Below are positions 27,532-36,852 of a stretch of DNA of 59,243 nucleotides, one piece after another. This DNA comes from Minisyncoccota bacterium. GTDB taxonomy: Bacteria > Patescibacteriota > Minisyncoccia > UBA6257 > 1-14-0-10-40-38. The notes under the pieces are model-generated. The model ran no database searches. It saw only the letters and a program-made list of their open reading frames with translations, and was not told where the DNA came from. A program made the translations under genes and the position numbers. The stretch lies in NCBI GenBank assembly GCA_009694925.1, contig SIBX01000001.1, positions 1-59,243 on the forward strand. The letters run 5' to 3'. The stretch's first letter is position 1. Every line of letters starts with the position of its first letter.

Positions 27532-27826
27532 CCCGGTGCTACAACTTTAATCATGCTCTTCTATTACGTATATATTTTAGAAAGCTTACTGGATAAGAAG
27601 AGGTACATCGGTTATACTTCAAACCTGAAACGAAGAATAGAAGAGCATAAAAACGGTAAATCATTTTCAACTAAATCTAGACTGCCAATTAAATTAATTT
27701 ATTTTGAAGGATCTTTAAATATAGATGATGCCAAAAGAAGAGAAATATATTTTAAGACAACCAGAGGACGTAGGTCATTAGTAAAAAGATTAAAGTCGTA
27801 TTATCAATTAAAGTTGTAGCACCGGG
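27532..27826. mobile_element. 295-bp element: GIY-YIG gene enclosed by perfect 20-bp inverted repeats
   Basis: CCCGGTGCTACAACTTTAAT (27532-27551) and ATTAAAGTTGTAGCACCGGG (27807-27826). Confidence 0.6.
27553..27819 (+). CDS. Small GIY-YIG nuclease family protein
   Basis: YVYIL...RYIGYT.NL.RR..EH, A..RE.YFK. Confidence 0.9.
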   Translation: MLFYYVYILESLLDKKRYIGYTSNLKRRIEEHKNGKSFSTKSRLPIKLIYFEGSLNIDDAKRREIYFKTTRGRRSLVKRLKSYYQLKL

Positions 27827-27832
27827 AAAATA

Positions 27833-28810
27833 ATGGCAAAAATATTTATTACAAGAAACATCCCAGAGTCTGGTATAAAAATGTTGAAAGATAAGGGATA
27901 CGAATTAACTATTAATGAAAAAGATAGAGTTCTTTCAAGGTCAGAAATAATAAAATCTATTAAAGGTAAGAATTATGACGCCGTGCTTTGTCTTTTAACC
28001 GACAAAATAGATCAAGAAATTTTAGATATTGCATCTCCTTCGGTAAAAATCTTCGCAAATTATGCGGTGGGAACTGATAATATAGATTTGAAATATGCTG
28101 CCAGTAAAAATATTTTAATTTCCAATACTCCAGATGTTTTAACAAATTCAGTTGCCGAGCATACTTTTACTTTAATTCTATCAATATCAAAAAGAATTGT
28201 TGAGGCAGATGATTTTATGAGAACCGGCAAATATAAAGGCTGGGAACCTAAATTATTATTAGGATCAGATATTTATGGAAAGACTCTAGGTATAGTTGGA
28301 TTGGGGCGCATTGGCGCCAGAGTAGCTCATTTCGCCATTAATGGATTTGGAATGAGGGTTCTCTACTATGATCCAAAAAGAAATGAAAATTTTGAAAAAG
28401 ATCAGCCCGGCACAACTTACACATCAAATATTGATGATGTGTTGAAAAATTGTGATTATGTGAGTATCCATGTTCCACTTCTCCCAACAACCAAGCATTT
28501 AATCAACGAAGAAAAATTAAAACTAATGAAGCCGACGGCATATTTAATTAATACTTCTCGCGGACCAATTTTAGACGAAATAGCTCTTTCAAATGCTTTA
28601 AAAAATAATATTATTAAGGGAGCCGGCTTAGATGTTTTTGAATTTGAGCCAAAGTTATATTCAGGATTAAGAAAGTTAAAAAATTTAATAGTTACTCCAC
28701 ACACGGCATCAGCAACCATTGAAACCAGAGAAAAAATGTCTCAAATGTGCGCAGACAATATCATTTCAGTTTTAGAAGGAAAAACTCCTCCAAATTTAGT
28801 TAAAATATAA
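27833..28810 (+). CDS. D-2-hydroxyacid dehydrogenase (glyoxylate reductase/D-glycerate dehydrogenase family)
   Basis: GIVGLGRIG, LINTSRG, GLDVFEFEP, TPHTAS. Confidence 0.92.
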   Translation: MAKIFITRNIPESGIKMLKDKGYELTINEKDRVLSRSEIIKSIKGKNYDAVLCLLTDKIDQEILDIASPSVKIFANYAVGTDNIDLKYAASKNILISNTPDVLTNSVAEHTFTLILSISKRIVEADDFMRTGKYKGWEPKLLLGSDIYGKTLGIVGLGRIGARVAHFAINGFGMRVLYYDPKRNENFEKDQPGTTYTSNIDDVLKNCDYVSIHVPLLPTTKHLINEEKLKLMKPTAYLINTSRGPILDEIALSNALKNNIIKGAGLDVFEFEPKLYSGLRKLKNLIVTPHTASATIETREKMSQMCADNIISVLEGKTPPNLVKI

Positions 28811-28817
28811 AATATTT

Positions 28818-28885
28818 ACCAAGTAGTGAAAATGCGACAGATCGCAAAGCGATAGAGCATACAAGTCGCATTTCTACTACTTGGT
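28818..28885. repeat. REP-like palindrome, copy 1
   Basis: ACCAAGTAGTGAAAATGCGAC...GTCGCATTTCTACTACTTGGT with inner TCGC/GCGA hairpin. Confidence 0.7.
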
Positions 28886-28918
28886 TTACAACTCTATTTA
28901 TATAGGTATACTTGGGCC

Positions 28919-29027
28919 TAAGAGTTGTCTCGAACGGCAAGAACCCCTTGCACAAGCGTTTTCTTGCCCAACTCGGAGCAACTTAGCTCGGCTTCGCGCT
29001 CATAAAGCGTAAAGCCGAGCTTTTTTA
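28919..29027 (+). ncRNA. Candidate small hairpin RNA (about 110 nt)
   Basis: TATACT at 28907-28912; GGCAAGA/TCTTGCC stem; terminator at 28985-29027. Confidence 0.35.
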
Positions 29028-29088
29028 ATTTTTATATTTTCTTTTAAACAGTTTGCCTTTTAAGATACTATATGGTATTCTTCTAATT

Positions 29089-29388
29089 GTCGGGGGGTGC
29101 AGATTGGTCCTGAAAACAGCAAGACTTCATAGGAGCGATTCACGACGGTCCTCCTTGTAGCTTGGTGAAAAGGTGCGGCGCGCAATTAACGAGAAGACTC
29201 ACCGAGTTGATTCTTGCTACTGGCAGGCACTCTGTCTGACCAGCCAAGGAGATACTCTCATTCTTCTTCGGGATAGATCTGCACCTCCCCGACGCTATTT
29301 CTCTAATAGGGCGCATCGGCAGTAGCTCCCCAGTCTGCTTGCCCTGCGCCGGCCTGGATATCCACACGGAGTCCAGGCCACTTTTTTA
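29089..29388 (+). ncRNA. Candidate structured ncRNA (205-nt closed domain plus 3' hairpins)
   Basis: TTGCCT-17-TATTCT promoter; 16-bp 5'/3' closing stem; terminator plus T-run. Confidence 0.55.
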
Positions 29389-29431
29389 TAATAAAATACA
29401 TTTTCAATCAGATACATGATAAGATTTTTAA

Positions 29432-31075
29432 ATGACTCAATCTCAGGCGCTTTCAATACTAAAAACAGGAGCTAATGTTTTTCTGACCGGTGAACCAGGT
29501 TCGGGGAAAACATATGTCATCAATCAATATACGGCATATCTTCGCAAGCGTGGAATTGAACCGGCCATTACTGCCTCAACCGGAATTGCTGCAACTCATA
29601 TTAGCGGAATGACGATTCATTCTTGGAGTGGTATCGGCATAAAAAAGAATCTAACTAAGCAAGAAATTTATAAAATTTCTTCAAATAAATCCGTAGAAAA
29701 AAGAGTAAGAAATGCTGCGATTTTAATCGTAGATGAAGTTTCCATGTTGTTGCCAGAAACTCTTTCTTCTGTGGATGCAGTCTGCAGAGCCATAAAAAAA
29801 AATCAAGAGCCATTTGGTGGCATTCAGGTGGTTTTGGTTGGAGATTTTTTTCAGCTTCCGCCAGTTGTGAGAGTAGATACTGAAATAGAGCAAGGGGAAC
29901 TATTTTCAACCCCAGAAGTTCGCTTTGCATACGACTCCACTCTCTGGGAAACTTTAAATTTTAAAGTTTGTTATTTAACAGAACAGCATCGCCAAGACGA
30001 TGCAGATTTTTTTTCCGTTCTTTCATCTATCCGTCAAAATTCAACAGAAGAAAAACACATTGCTCACATTAAAAATAGAAAAATTGATTTTAAAAATATT
30101 CCCAAAGACATACCAAAACTTTTTCCACATAATTCAGATGTGGATAGGGTCAATAGTATAACGCTCAAAAATCTTCCTGGAGGATCAGTCTTGTTTAGTA
30201 TGGAATCTAGCGGCTTTGAACCAATAGTCATCTCTTTAAAAAAGGGCTGTTTATCTCCAGAAAAACTCTATCTTAAAAAAGGAGCCTCGGTTATGTTTAC
30301 AAAAAATAGTCAAAAAGACGGCTTTGTTAATGGCACATTAGGAACAGTTTCTGGTTTTAGCAGTGAAGACAATAATCCAATTATTACAATTCAAAATGGC
30401 AAAAAAATTCACGTGGAACCAATGGAGTGGACTATTGAAGAAAACGGCAAGATTCGTGCCAGAATTAGCCAGCTTCCGCTTAGGCTTGCTTGGGCATTCA
30501 CTATTCATAAAAGCCAAGGAATAAGCTTAGATTCGGCCGTCATGGATCTTTCCACCGTTTTTGAATATGGGCAAGGCTATGTTGCTCTCTCAAGAGTTAG
30601 AAGGCTTTCCGGGCTTTATATCTTGGGTTGGAATGAAAGAACTTTTCAAGTTCATCCAGAGGTTTTAGTAAAAGACGAAGGCTTTAGAAAATCTTCCATA
30701 GAAGAAGTAGAAAATATAGAAAATATGTCTTTAGAAGAAATAGAAAAAATACATAAAAATTTTATTCTATCTTGTAGCGGAAAAAATATAGACAAGAAGT
30801 TGGAAGAAATAGAAGAAATTTTTGACTTCGAAGGTTCAGAAGGCAACGATTTTAAAGATTCGCTTGAAACCAAGAATATTATTTCAGAAAACGGCTTTAG
30901 TAAAATTCGAGAAACTTCTCCAAAAGCTTATATGCCGTGGAGTAACGAAGACGATAAATGGCTAAAAGAGCTTTTTGCAAAAGAAAAATCCGTTAAAAGA
31001 TTGGCAGAAATATTTAAAAGAAAGCCAGGAGCCATAAGGTCTCGTCTTAAAAAATTAGGTCTAATAGAATCTTAA
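29432..31075 (+). CDS. PIF1-family (SF1B) DNA helicase with small C-terminal helical domain
   Basis: GEPGSGKT, IVDEVSML, GDFFQLPPV, LAWAFTIHKSQG, YVALSR. Confidence 0.93.
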   Translation: MTQSQALSILKTGANVFLTGEPGSGKTYVINQYTAYLRKRGIEPAITASTGIAATHISGMTIHSWSGIGIKKNLTKQEIYKISSNKSVEKRVRNAAILIVDEVSMLLPETLSSVDAVCRAIKKNQEPFGGIQVVLVGDFFQLPPVVRVDTEIEQGELFSTPEVRFAYDSTLWETLNFKVCYLTEQHRQDDADFFSVLSSIRQNSTEEKHIAHIKNRKIDFKNIPKDIPKLFPHNSDVDRVNSITLKNLPGGSVLFSMESSGFEPIVISLKKGCLSPEKLYLKKGASVMFTKNSQKDGFVNGTLGTVSGFSSEDNNPIITIQNGKKIHVEPMEWTIEENGKIRARISQLPLRLAWAFTIHKSQGISLDSAVMDLSTVFEYGQGYVALSRVRRLSGLYILGWNERTFQVHPEVLVKDEGFRKSSIEEVENIENMSLEEIEKIHKNFILSCSGKNIDKKLEEIEEIFDFEGSEGNDFKDSLETKNIISENGFSKIRETSPKAYMPWSNEDDKWLKELFAKEKSVKRLAEIFKRKPGAIRSRLKKLGLIES

Positions 31076-31117
31076 AAAAAATACCCCTGGCCATAGTTGG
31101 TCAGGGGTATTTTTTTA
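31075..31117. terminator. Bidirectional terminator between the helicase and typA
   Basis: A-run, TACCCCTGGCCA/TGGTCAGGGGTA, T-run. Confidence 0.8.
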
Positions 31118-32920
31118 TTAATCAATTCTCTTCCTTAAGGCATTTTTTAAAATTCTCTTCCTTAATCTTATAGATTTTGGCGTAACCTCAACCAATTCAT
31201 CGTCTCCAATGTATTCCAATGCCTCTTCGAGAGTCAACTTTTTAGCAGGAACCAAGTCATCTGTCACGGCATCAGTTTTAGCTCTGAAATTCGTAAGCTG
31301 CTTTGCTTTGCAAACATTAACCACCAAGTCTTCTGCTTTAGCGCTTTGTCCCACAACTTGTCCTTCATATATTTCCTCTGCTGGAGCAATAAACATTACT
31401 CCTCTTTCTTGCGAGCTTAAAAGTGCGTAGGCTGTCGATCTTCCTGCTTCATAGGCAATTAAAGATCCGTGTGGGCTAGACTCCAATCCCTGAATTTTTG
31501 GAAAGTATCCGGCGCTTAAACTATTAACAATTCCCATTCCCTTAGTTTCAATAAGTAATTGGTTTCTAAAACCAATTAATCCTCTAGTAGGAATAAAGAA
31601 ATGGAAGGCAACCGTGCCATTATCTACGCTCATATTTCTCATTTCACCCTTTCTTTCGCTGATTTTTTGAATAACCATTCCAGAATATTTTTCTGGCGCT
31701 TCAATCCAAACATCTTCAAATGGTTCCATGGTTCTTCCTTCTTCTTCCGTAAAAATAACTTCTGGTCTTGAAACTTGGAGTTCATAACCTTCACGTCTCA
31801 TTTTTTCAATTAAAATTGATAAATGAAGCTCTCCGCGTCCGCTGACAATAAATTCATCGGCAGATTTTCCAGGCTGTACGAGTAGTGCCACATCGCTGTC
31901 TAATTCTTTTTCTAATCTTTCCTTAAGATTTCTAGAGGTGCAATATTCTCCTTCTTTTCCGGCAAAAGGAGAAGTATTAACTCCGAAAATCATTTTTACC
32001 GTAGGCTTTTCTATAACAATCGGCTTCATTCCTTTTGGATTTTCTCCATCTGAAATTGTATCTCCAATCATAATATTATCTATTCCAGCAATAGATCCGA
32101 TATCTCCAGCCACAAGCTCTGGAACTTCAACTTTTCCAAGTCCCGAGAAAACCATTAAAGTAGTTAGTTTAACCTTTGAGATTTCTCCATTTCTATGAAC
32201 CACAGAGATCATTTGACCTGCTTTCATTTTTCCCGCAGTCACTCTGCCGATGCCAATTTTTCCTTTAAAATTATCGTAAGCTAAAGAAACTATCATCATC
32301 TGTAGGGTTTCGTTTATTTCTGCCTTAGGAACAGGAATATGTTTTATAATTTCTTCTATTAATGGCTTAACATCTTTCATAGTTTCAAGTTCTGGGGCCA
32401 TTCCAGTTTTTCCTAATCTTCCAGAAGCATAAACAATAGGGAAATTAAGCTGATCATTGCTTGCTCCAAGTTCAATAAAAAGCTCAATAGTTTTTTCTAC
32501 AACATAATTAACCCTAGCATTAGCTTTGTCGATTTTATTTATGACGACAATAATTTTATGTCCCATTGCCAATGCTTTTTTTAAAACGAATCTGGTTTGT
32601 GGCATTGGTCCTTCTTGAGCATCAACTAATAAAAGGGAACCATCGGCCATATTTAAAACGCGCTCAACTTCTCCTCCAAAATCAGCGTGTCCAGGAGTGT
32701 CTATTATATTAATTTTATATTCGCCGTATCTAACAGAAGCATTTTTTGAAAAAATTGTAATTCCTCTTTCTCTTTCAATTTCATTAAAATCCATTATCAT
32801 CGATCCGCCTTCTCCTAATCTTCCAAGATCTGTTTCGGATTGTCTTAAAAGAGCATCAACCAGAGTTGATTTGCCGTGGTCAACGTGAGCGATAATTGCG
32901 ATATTTCTTAGATTTTGCAT
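31118..32920 (-). CDS. typA: Translational GTPase TypA/BipA
   Basis: RNIAIIAHVDHGKSTLVD, RGELHLSILIE.MRREG, DDELVEVTPKSIRLRK. Confidence 0.97.
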   Translation of the reverse strand: MQNLRNIAIIAHVDHGKSTLVDALLRQSETDLGRLGEGGSMIMDFNEIERERGITIFSKNASVRYGEYKINIIDTPGHADFGGEVERVLNMADGSLLLVDAQEGPMPQTRFVLKKALAMGHKIIVVINKIDKANARVNYVVEKTIELFIELGASNDQLNFPIVYASGRLGKTGMAPELETMKDVKPLIEEIIKHIPVPKAEINETLQMMIVSLAYDNFKGKIGIGRVTAGKMKAGQMISVVHRNGEISKVKLTTLMVFSGLGKVEVPELVAGDIGSIAGIDNIMIGDTISDGENPKGMKPIVIEKPTVKMIFGVNTSPFAGKEGEYCTSRNLKERLEKELDSDVALLVQPGKSADEFIVSGRGELHLSILIEKMRREGYELQVSRPEVIFTEEEGRTMEPFEDVWIEAPEKYSGMVIQKISERKGEMRNMSVDNGTVAFHFFIPTRGLIGFRNQLLIETKGMGIVNSLSAGYFPKIQGLESSPHGSLIAYEAGRSTAYALLSSQERGVMFIAPAEEIYEGQVVGQSAKAEDLVVNVCKAKQLTNFRAKTDAVTDDLVPAKKLTLEEALEYIGDDELVEVTPKSIRLRKRILKNALRKRID

Positions 32921-33047
32921 AAGAATAGTATTTTACTATATTTTTCTCTAAATAGTCAATTTTATTTTACAGATTGACTTAACTATATATCTTCATGTAT
33001 TATATTAATCTGGTTCTCGTGGCTTTTTTTAGGAGGGCAGAGCTAGA

Positions 33048-33239
33048 ATGAGCGGAGAAATCAGGCAGGAGAAGGGTACGAAGAGGTGCTACGAACTTCG
33101 GCGCCTGGCAGAAATTTCCGGTGGCAGGAATGGGAAGGCCATTCGTGCTCTCGGCGACCATGCGCGCCAGTGCGGAAGGTGCACTGCTGAGTTGAGGGCT
33201 GCGGCTACCCCCAAGGTGGCGGTGGCAATCGGAAGTTGA
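33048..33239 (+). CDS. Stand-alone zf-HC2/ZAS-like zinc-binding microprotein in a GC-rich islet
   Basis: AGGAGG upstream; C-x23-HARQCGRC; promoter TTGACT-18-TATTAT; hairpin plus T-run at about 33268-33302. Confidence 0.65.
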   Translation: MSGEIRQEKGTKRCYELRRLAEISGGRNGKAIRALGDHARQCGRCTAELRAAATPKVAVAIGS

Positions 33240-33508
33240 AGAAGAAGGCCTCTGAAAAAAGAGGCAAGCCCGATGGACGACACGTTGTCCATCGGGTCTT
33301 TTAATTTTAAGGATTTATAGCCATATCTGGAGTTTATCTATAAGCCGTCATATGTGTGTACACATTAACTCGAGCTATTGACAAATATTTATAATCTGCT
33401 TTCCTAAGTAAAGCAGATTAAATCATGGTTTGTTTAACTTTTTAGCTTGAAATTTTATTTTAGGTTAAAAAGTTAAACAAACCCGAAACCAAGAAGGAGC
33501 AAGAGACA

Positions 33509-34234
33509 ATGGCGAACTTCGCATTGAGCAAGACCTTTCAGATGATCGTTGACTACGATCTTCGACCGGGAGAGCTGATTGCTTATTCCGGTGTCCAGGA
33601 AGTCGCCAATTGGCAAGAGATGGATAGCGCGTTCTATCATCTCGCCAACGACCGCAGCAAGTTCCCTTGCGGGAACGAGCACCTGGTCCGGTATGAGGCG
33701 CGTGTGAGCACTCGCCAACCCTTCGTCAGCGGAGACGAGAGGCAGGTTCTGGTTGATGCGGCTATCGTTACGTTGAACGAGCCGATCAACGAGCGCCGAG
33801 ATCCTCCACGGGAGAGCGATGACCTCCACGACTTCGTCCAAGAAGTCGAGCGGATGGGCTATCGCCAAGCCAACTTCCGAGAAGTTCTAACTCTCGGCAG
33901 CGTGGCACTTCTTCCCGAGGAGCTTCTGACGCCCTTCGCCTTGATTGGTAGCAGTTTCCATGTTGACTGGAAACTGTCCAGGCAGGTGTTGGGCGAGAGC
34001 TGGGGAGGGAAGTTTCCGCTCCTGGCTCTTGGCGCTGGATGGGTCGACTGCACTGGAGGAGAAGTTGTCACTCCCTGCTTCGAGTTCGTCCGTGGCCGTC
34101 GCGCTCTGTCGTTCCAGGAGTACTTGTGGTGCGGTGTTGAGATCAGCACCAGGTACCGCATCCTCGTTATCAAGAGGACAGACGGACCCGCGACGATTGT
34201 GGCCAACCCACTTCCTCGCGACCGGAGTGTCTAA
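33509..34234 (+). CDS. GC-rich hypothetical protein resembling a Parcubacteria-type family
   Basis: AAGGAG-N9-ATG; VDY...GYR.A...E...G...FPLLALG..W...R.L pattern recalled from CPR hypothetical proteins. Confidence 0.7.
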   Translation: MANFALSKTFQMIVDYDLRPGELIAYSGVQEVANWQEMDSAFYHLANDRSKFPCGNEHLVRYEARVSTRQPFVSGDERQVLVDAAIVTLNEPINERRDPPRESDDLHDFVQEVERMGYRQANFREVLTLGSVALLPEELLTPFALIGSSFHVDWKLSRQVLGESWGGKFPLLALGAGWVDCTGGEVVTPCFEFVRGRRALSFQEYLWCGVEISTRYRILVIKRTDGPATIVANPLPRDRSV

Positions 34235-34321
34235 CTTGTAATGAGTGGTGTCGCGCACAGCGACACTGAAAAATCCCCCGTGGAAGATTGCAAAAATCTC
34301 CCGGGGGAATTCTATTTTATA

Positions 34322-35641
34322 CTACTTTTTTTCCTTATTTTGTTTTGATTCAATATAAGTCGCAATATGTCTATATTGATAAGGTTTTAAGATTGCAAAA
34401 AGTGAGTAGGTTTTTAAATAATCATCATTTTCTAATCTTTTTGCGTATTTCATATTTAAAATAATATTTTTATATATATTTACAAAAACATCCTTAAAAT
34501 CTTTAAGCAGTTTTTTATAAAAATCCAAAAGATCATCATCTTTTTCACCCTTAATCTCATTTTCTAAAAATTCAACAAATCTACCAGCATCTTTTCCAGC
34601 AGTACTTAGATTATTACTTGCATTCTCAAAATTAAAATCTAAATTAGTACTAAACTTAGCATTACGCGAAGAATTATTAAAGATTGCCATAGATAAAGCT
34701 TCTTGGGTCCACATGTCAAAATATTCCGAATACGTATTTTTAACCGTCGCCATTATTTCGTTATGTGAATCATCGATTATCTCTTTAAAACTCGTTCCCA
34801 TTATTAATCCTTTTTCATTATCTATTATATTTTTTGGAGCATTAAGATTAACTAATCTTTTATACCTTTCAATCCTATTTTTGATATGGTTAATATTACT
34901 AGTACTCATAGAAAAAACTCCATCTAACAAATTGTGAATTTTTTCATGCTCTATAGTAATGTCTCTGCGTTTAATATTTTCGTTATTTTTAACAACACTA
35001 TATGGAGTATTCCCAATATGATAGCCACCACAATATCTTTTATTTATAGCAATTTCGTCGTCTGTCAAAAACACAATATCAAATGGACCACGTGAAAATT
35101 CTTCACCTGTCAACATTTCACCCTCTTCCTTTCTTGTTTTTATATCTTCTAAAAAGAATCCTTCTTTATCTTGATTTTCTTTAATAAATTTATTTTTTAC
35201 AATCAAATCTTCTATAATTCTCTCTAATTCAATTAGAAAATAAACATCATCATTCTTTTCTATATCAATCATTTCTCCGCAAACTATTTCATTTTCTAAT
35301 ATTCTTTCATTACTTAAGTCTGTGTCTGAACTTTCAAGCTCATAAGAGATTTCTTTAAATTTTAAATATAAAAGATTATATTTATCTAACATAAAACCCA
35401 TCTCCTCACTAAAAGAGGTTTTTATATTTTTTAAATAATCTCTCAATTTTAATCTCACTTCTTCGTGCGGTGTTTCTAAACTAATAGAGTCCGTAAGTTT
35501 TTTAAATTCGGCAATTATTTCTGCTTTTTTATCTAATTTTTCTATAATTGCATCTTTTCTAGATTCCCAATCATCTCCATACTCTAGAGTTTTTTTAACA
35601 ACAAGCTGTTCTGGTTTAAGTTCTGGATTTTCTATAGACAT
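34322..35641 (-). CDS. Hypothetical protein with HExxH motif
   Basis: 439-aa very AT-rich ORF; TIEHEKIHNL and a downstream HNEIMA. Confidence 0.7.
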   Translation of the reverse strand: MSIENPELKPEQLVVKKTLEYGDDWESRKDAIIEKLDKKAEIIAEFKKLTDSISLETPHEEVRLKLRDYLKNIKTSFSEEMGFMLDKYNLLYLKFKEISYELESSDTDLSNERILENEIVCGEMIDIEKNDDVYFLIELERIIEDLIVKNKFIKENQDKEGFFLEDIKTRKEEGEMLTGEEFSRGPFDIVFLTDDEIAINKRYCGGYHIGNTPYSVVKNNENIKRRDITIEHEKIHNLLDGVFSMSTSNINHIKNRIERYKRLVNLNAPKNIIDNEKGLIMGTSFKEIIDDSHNEIMATVKNTYSEYFDMWTQEALSMAIFNNSSRNAKFSTNLDFNFENASNNLSTAGKDAGRFVEFLENEIKGEKDDDLLDFYKKLLKDFKDVFVNIYKNIILNMKYAKRLENDDYLKTYSLFAILKPYQYRHIATYIESKQNKEKK

Positions 35642-35647
35642 ATTTTT

Positions 35648-36754
35648 TTATTTTAAGTTCTCTATAATAGCAATTTCCAATGGTATAAAAGAAAAAGGAG
35701 AATATCTCATTTCCGAATATGCTCTTATAAAAGACTTTAATAAATTAATCAAAAACTTCTCATCAGCACCAACTGAAAGCGTTTTTAATTTCGCCAATTC
35801 CGTACTAGTAAATTCTTCTATAAATATTTTTTCAAAATCAGGATTTGCTTTTAAGGCCAGAATTTTTCTCAAGAAATGGATTAATTCTTTAGTAGAATCA
35901 ACAATATTTAATCCATTATTATAAATCGCATTTACTGCCTCAATAGATTCTTTGGTTTTTTTATTTAATACTAGCTCTGCTAAATTAGAAATCTTTTTAA
36001 AGCCTGCCTTTCCCAGAATAGACTCAATTTTATCAGCCGTAATTTTCTCTTCTAAGCTTCCCATCTGGTCTAAAATAGATTCTGCATCTCTAAATCCGCC
36101 TTCTGCCGTTTCGGCAATAAGCTCTAGTGCCTCGTCTTCTATGTCTATTTTTTCAATCTTCGCAATATCTTTTAATTTTTTAAAAAGCTTCTGAATCGGA
36201 ATTTTTCTAAAATTAAACTTTTGCACTCGGCTCATGATAGTTCCAGGAACTTTTTCATATTCAGTTGTGGCCAAAATAAATACTGCATGAGCTGGTGGCT
36301 CTTCCAATGTCTTTAAGAGTGCATTAAAAGCCTCCTTAGTTAATTGATGAACTTCGTCTATGATAAAAACTTTATATTTTGAAGAGGTTGGGGAAAGTTT
36401 AATAGATTCTTTCAGGTCTCTAATTTCGTCTATGCCTCGGTTTGAGGCTGCATCCATTTCCACCACATCTAATGATTTTCCAGAATCAACATCTATACAC
36501 TTAGGACATTCATTGCAGGGTTCTCCTTTTGCAAAAAACTTCTGATTCTGTTGGCGAGTTTCGCAATTTAATATTTTAGCCAAGATTCTAGCTACGGTTG
36601 TTTTTCCTGTTCCACGACTGCCGTAAAAAAGATAAGCATGCGAAATTCTGTCCTGAATTGCCGCATTTTTCAGCGTTTCAGTAATATGATCTTCGCCTAA
36701 GACGTCTTCCAATTTTTTAGGTCTATATTTTCTATATAAAGCTCCTCCTTTCAT
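35648..36754 (-). CDS. dnaX: DNA polymerase III subunit gamma/tau
   Basis: LYRKYRP, GSRGTGKTT, PCNECPKC, DAASNRGIDEIR, NALLKTLEEPP. Confidence 0.97.
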   Translation of the reverse strand: MKGGALYRKYRPKKLEDVLGEDHITETLKNAAIQDRISHAYLFYGSRGTGKTTVARILAKILNCETRQQNQKFFAKGEPCNECPKCIDVDSGKSLDVVEMDAASNRGIDEIRDLKESIKLSPTSSKYKVFIIDEVHQLTKEAFNALLKTLEEPPAHAVFILATTEYEKVPGTIMSRVQKFNFRKIPIQKLFKKLKDIAKIEKIDIEDEALELIAETAEGGFRDAESILDQMGSLEEKITADKIESILGKAGFKKISNLAELVLNKKTKESIEAVNAIYNNGLNIVDSTKELIHFLRKILALKANPDFEKIFIEEFTSTELAKLKTLSVGADEKFLINLLKSFIRAYSEMRYSPFSFIPLEIAIIENLK

Positions 36755-36852
36755 AAACACCATTCTAGCAAGTCTTATTGTTTTAGTGAAGTTTGTTTTT
36801 TAAACTAACAACCCAACTTTTAATCTAATAAGCGAGTGTTAAACTTAATCTT

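Noticed and set aside
29089..29388. tmRNA (starts with a G-run)
   Set aside because: No tRNA-Ala-like acceptor/T-arm ending in CCA and no credible tag reading frame
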